Source of the DNA: Escherichia coli
GTDB taxonomy: Bacteria > Pseudomonadota > Gammaproteobacteria > Enterobacterales > Enterobacteriaceae
NCBI RefSeq assembly: GCF_003334255.1
Contig: NZ_QOWU01000279.1
Length of the DNA stretch: 230 bases
Reading direction: 5' to 3' (one strand)
Below, piece by piece: positions 1 to 230 of the stretch. The notes beneath the pieces are model-generated. The model had not been told where the DNA came from and did no database searches. It saw only the letters and a list, made by a program, of their open reading frames with translations. The translations under genes and the position numbers were made by a program. How positions within the stretch are numbered: position 1 is the first letter of the stretch; each line of letters begins with the position of its first letter.

Positions 1-230
1 CCTGGTGCAGTGGGGCCCGCAGGCCCACGGGGACCGGCTGGTGCAGCTGGTCCCAAAGGTGATGCAGGCCCGGCAGGCCCCGCAGGAAAGGATGGTACCG
101 CCGGAGCGGAAGGTAAGGCAGGTCCGGCAGGGCCACGAGGTGAAAGGGGACCAGCGGGGGCACAGGGTGTTCCGGGGCCGGTTGGTCCGGCAGGTCCTGC
201 GGGTAAAACGGGGCCACGAGGTTTGCAGGG
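1..230 (+). CDS. Internal fragment of a collagen-like triple-helix repeat protein (Gly-X-Y)n; 5' and 3' ends lie outside the window
   Basis: Frame 1 (codons from nt 1) has no stop codon and Gly (GGN) at codons 2,5,8,...,74 without a single break, plus a partial GG at 229-230. Of 25 triplets, 13 have Pro in X (GPA x8, GPR x3, GPK, GPV). All four + strand stop codons (60-62, 114-116, 141-143, 204-206) fall in frame 3. Frame 2 is also open but has no Gly periodicity. Codon positions 1 and 2 are almost entirely G/C while position 3 is mixed, which fits this frame. Confidence 0.82.
121..194 (+). repeat. Exact 11-nt direct repeat ggtccggcagg, copies at 121-131 and 184-194 (span covers both copies)
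   Basis: Read directly from the sequence; flanking bases differ on both sides (120 a vs 183 t; 132 g vs 195 t). Both copies are in frame and encode G-P-A-G. Confidence 0.9.
130..222 (+). repeat. Exact 12-nt direct repeat gggccacgaggt, copies at 130-141 and 211-222 (span covers both copies)
   Basis: Read directly from the sequence; flanking bases differ (129 a vs 210 g; 142 g vs 223 t). Both copies are in frame and encode G-P-R-G. A third G-P-R-G at 22-33 uses different codons (ggc cca cgg gga). Confidence 0.9.

Larger units (their letters stand above)
1..230 (+). repeat. Imperfect tandem 9-nt (GGN-NNN-NNN) coding periodicity, the nucleotide-level signature of the Gly-X-Y tract
   Basis: GGN recurs every 9 nt in register across the window. 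Dominant unit is GG(N)-CC(N)-GC(N), encoding Gly-Pro-Ala, with near-identical adjacent units at 67-87 (ggcccggca ggccccgca gga) and 184-204 (ggtccggca ggtcctgcg ggt). Confidence 0.75.

Noticed and set aside
121-222. Short direct repeats as a possible CRISPR array or other non-coding repeat element
   Set aside because: Repeats are only 11-12 nt, lie in frame within a continuous ORF, encode the same peptide motifs (GPAG, GPRG), and are not separated by uniform unique spacers. They are explained by the repetitive coding sequence.
2-230. + strand frame 2 is also free of stop codons across the window
   Set aside because: Its translation ([40 protein letters not shown]...) has no Gly-X-Y periodicity and is a low-complexity Arg/Gln/Val-rich string. 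Stop-free alternate frames are an expected by-product of GC-rich Gly/Pro/Ala coding sequence.
1-230. Reverse strand appears to have no stop codons in any frame and would encode Pro-rich peptides
   Set aside because: Antisense of GGN-CCN-GCN-rich sequence is inherently stop-poor and Pro-rich. The strict Gly-every-third-codon register exists only on the + strand in frame 1, so I treat the minus-strand ORFs as artefacts.
1-230. Vertebrate fibrillar collagen exon
   Set aside because: Pro sits in X rather than Y, CpG-containing codons are frequent, and 230 nt of continuous Gly-X-Y exceeds the typical 54/108-nt fibrillar collagen exon units without any intron signal. It cannot be fully excluded (cDNA or non-fibrillar collagen) without a homology search.
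1-230. Promoter, RBS, terminator or start/stop codon for the collagen-like gene
   Set aside because: The window is entirely internal to the ORF. No in-frame stop occurs, and no ATG exists in frame 1 at all (the only ATGs, at 61-63 and 91-93, are in frame 2 and unrelated to this reading frame), so no boundary or regulatory signal can be called.

Overview
The whole 230-nt window lies inside a single + strand ORF (frame 1, partial at both ends) that encodes an uninterrupted collagen-like tract: glycine at every third codon for 25 complete Gly-X-Y triplets. Translation: [77 protein letters not shown]. Composition (Pro mainly in X, almost none in Y, many charged residues, CpG-rich codons, no intron in 230 nt) favours a bacterial or phage collagen-like protein, such as a tail-fibre or surface-filament stalk, over an animal collagen. 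No start, stop, RBS, promoter or neighbouring gene is visible, so no multi-gene system can be supported or excluded from this window. Overall GC is about 71% by my hand count, but third codon positions are only about 41% GC, so the GC richness comes from the Gly/Pro/Ala content rather than a high-GC host.
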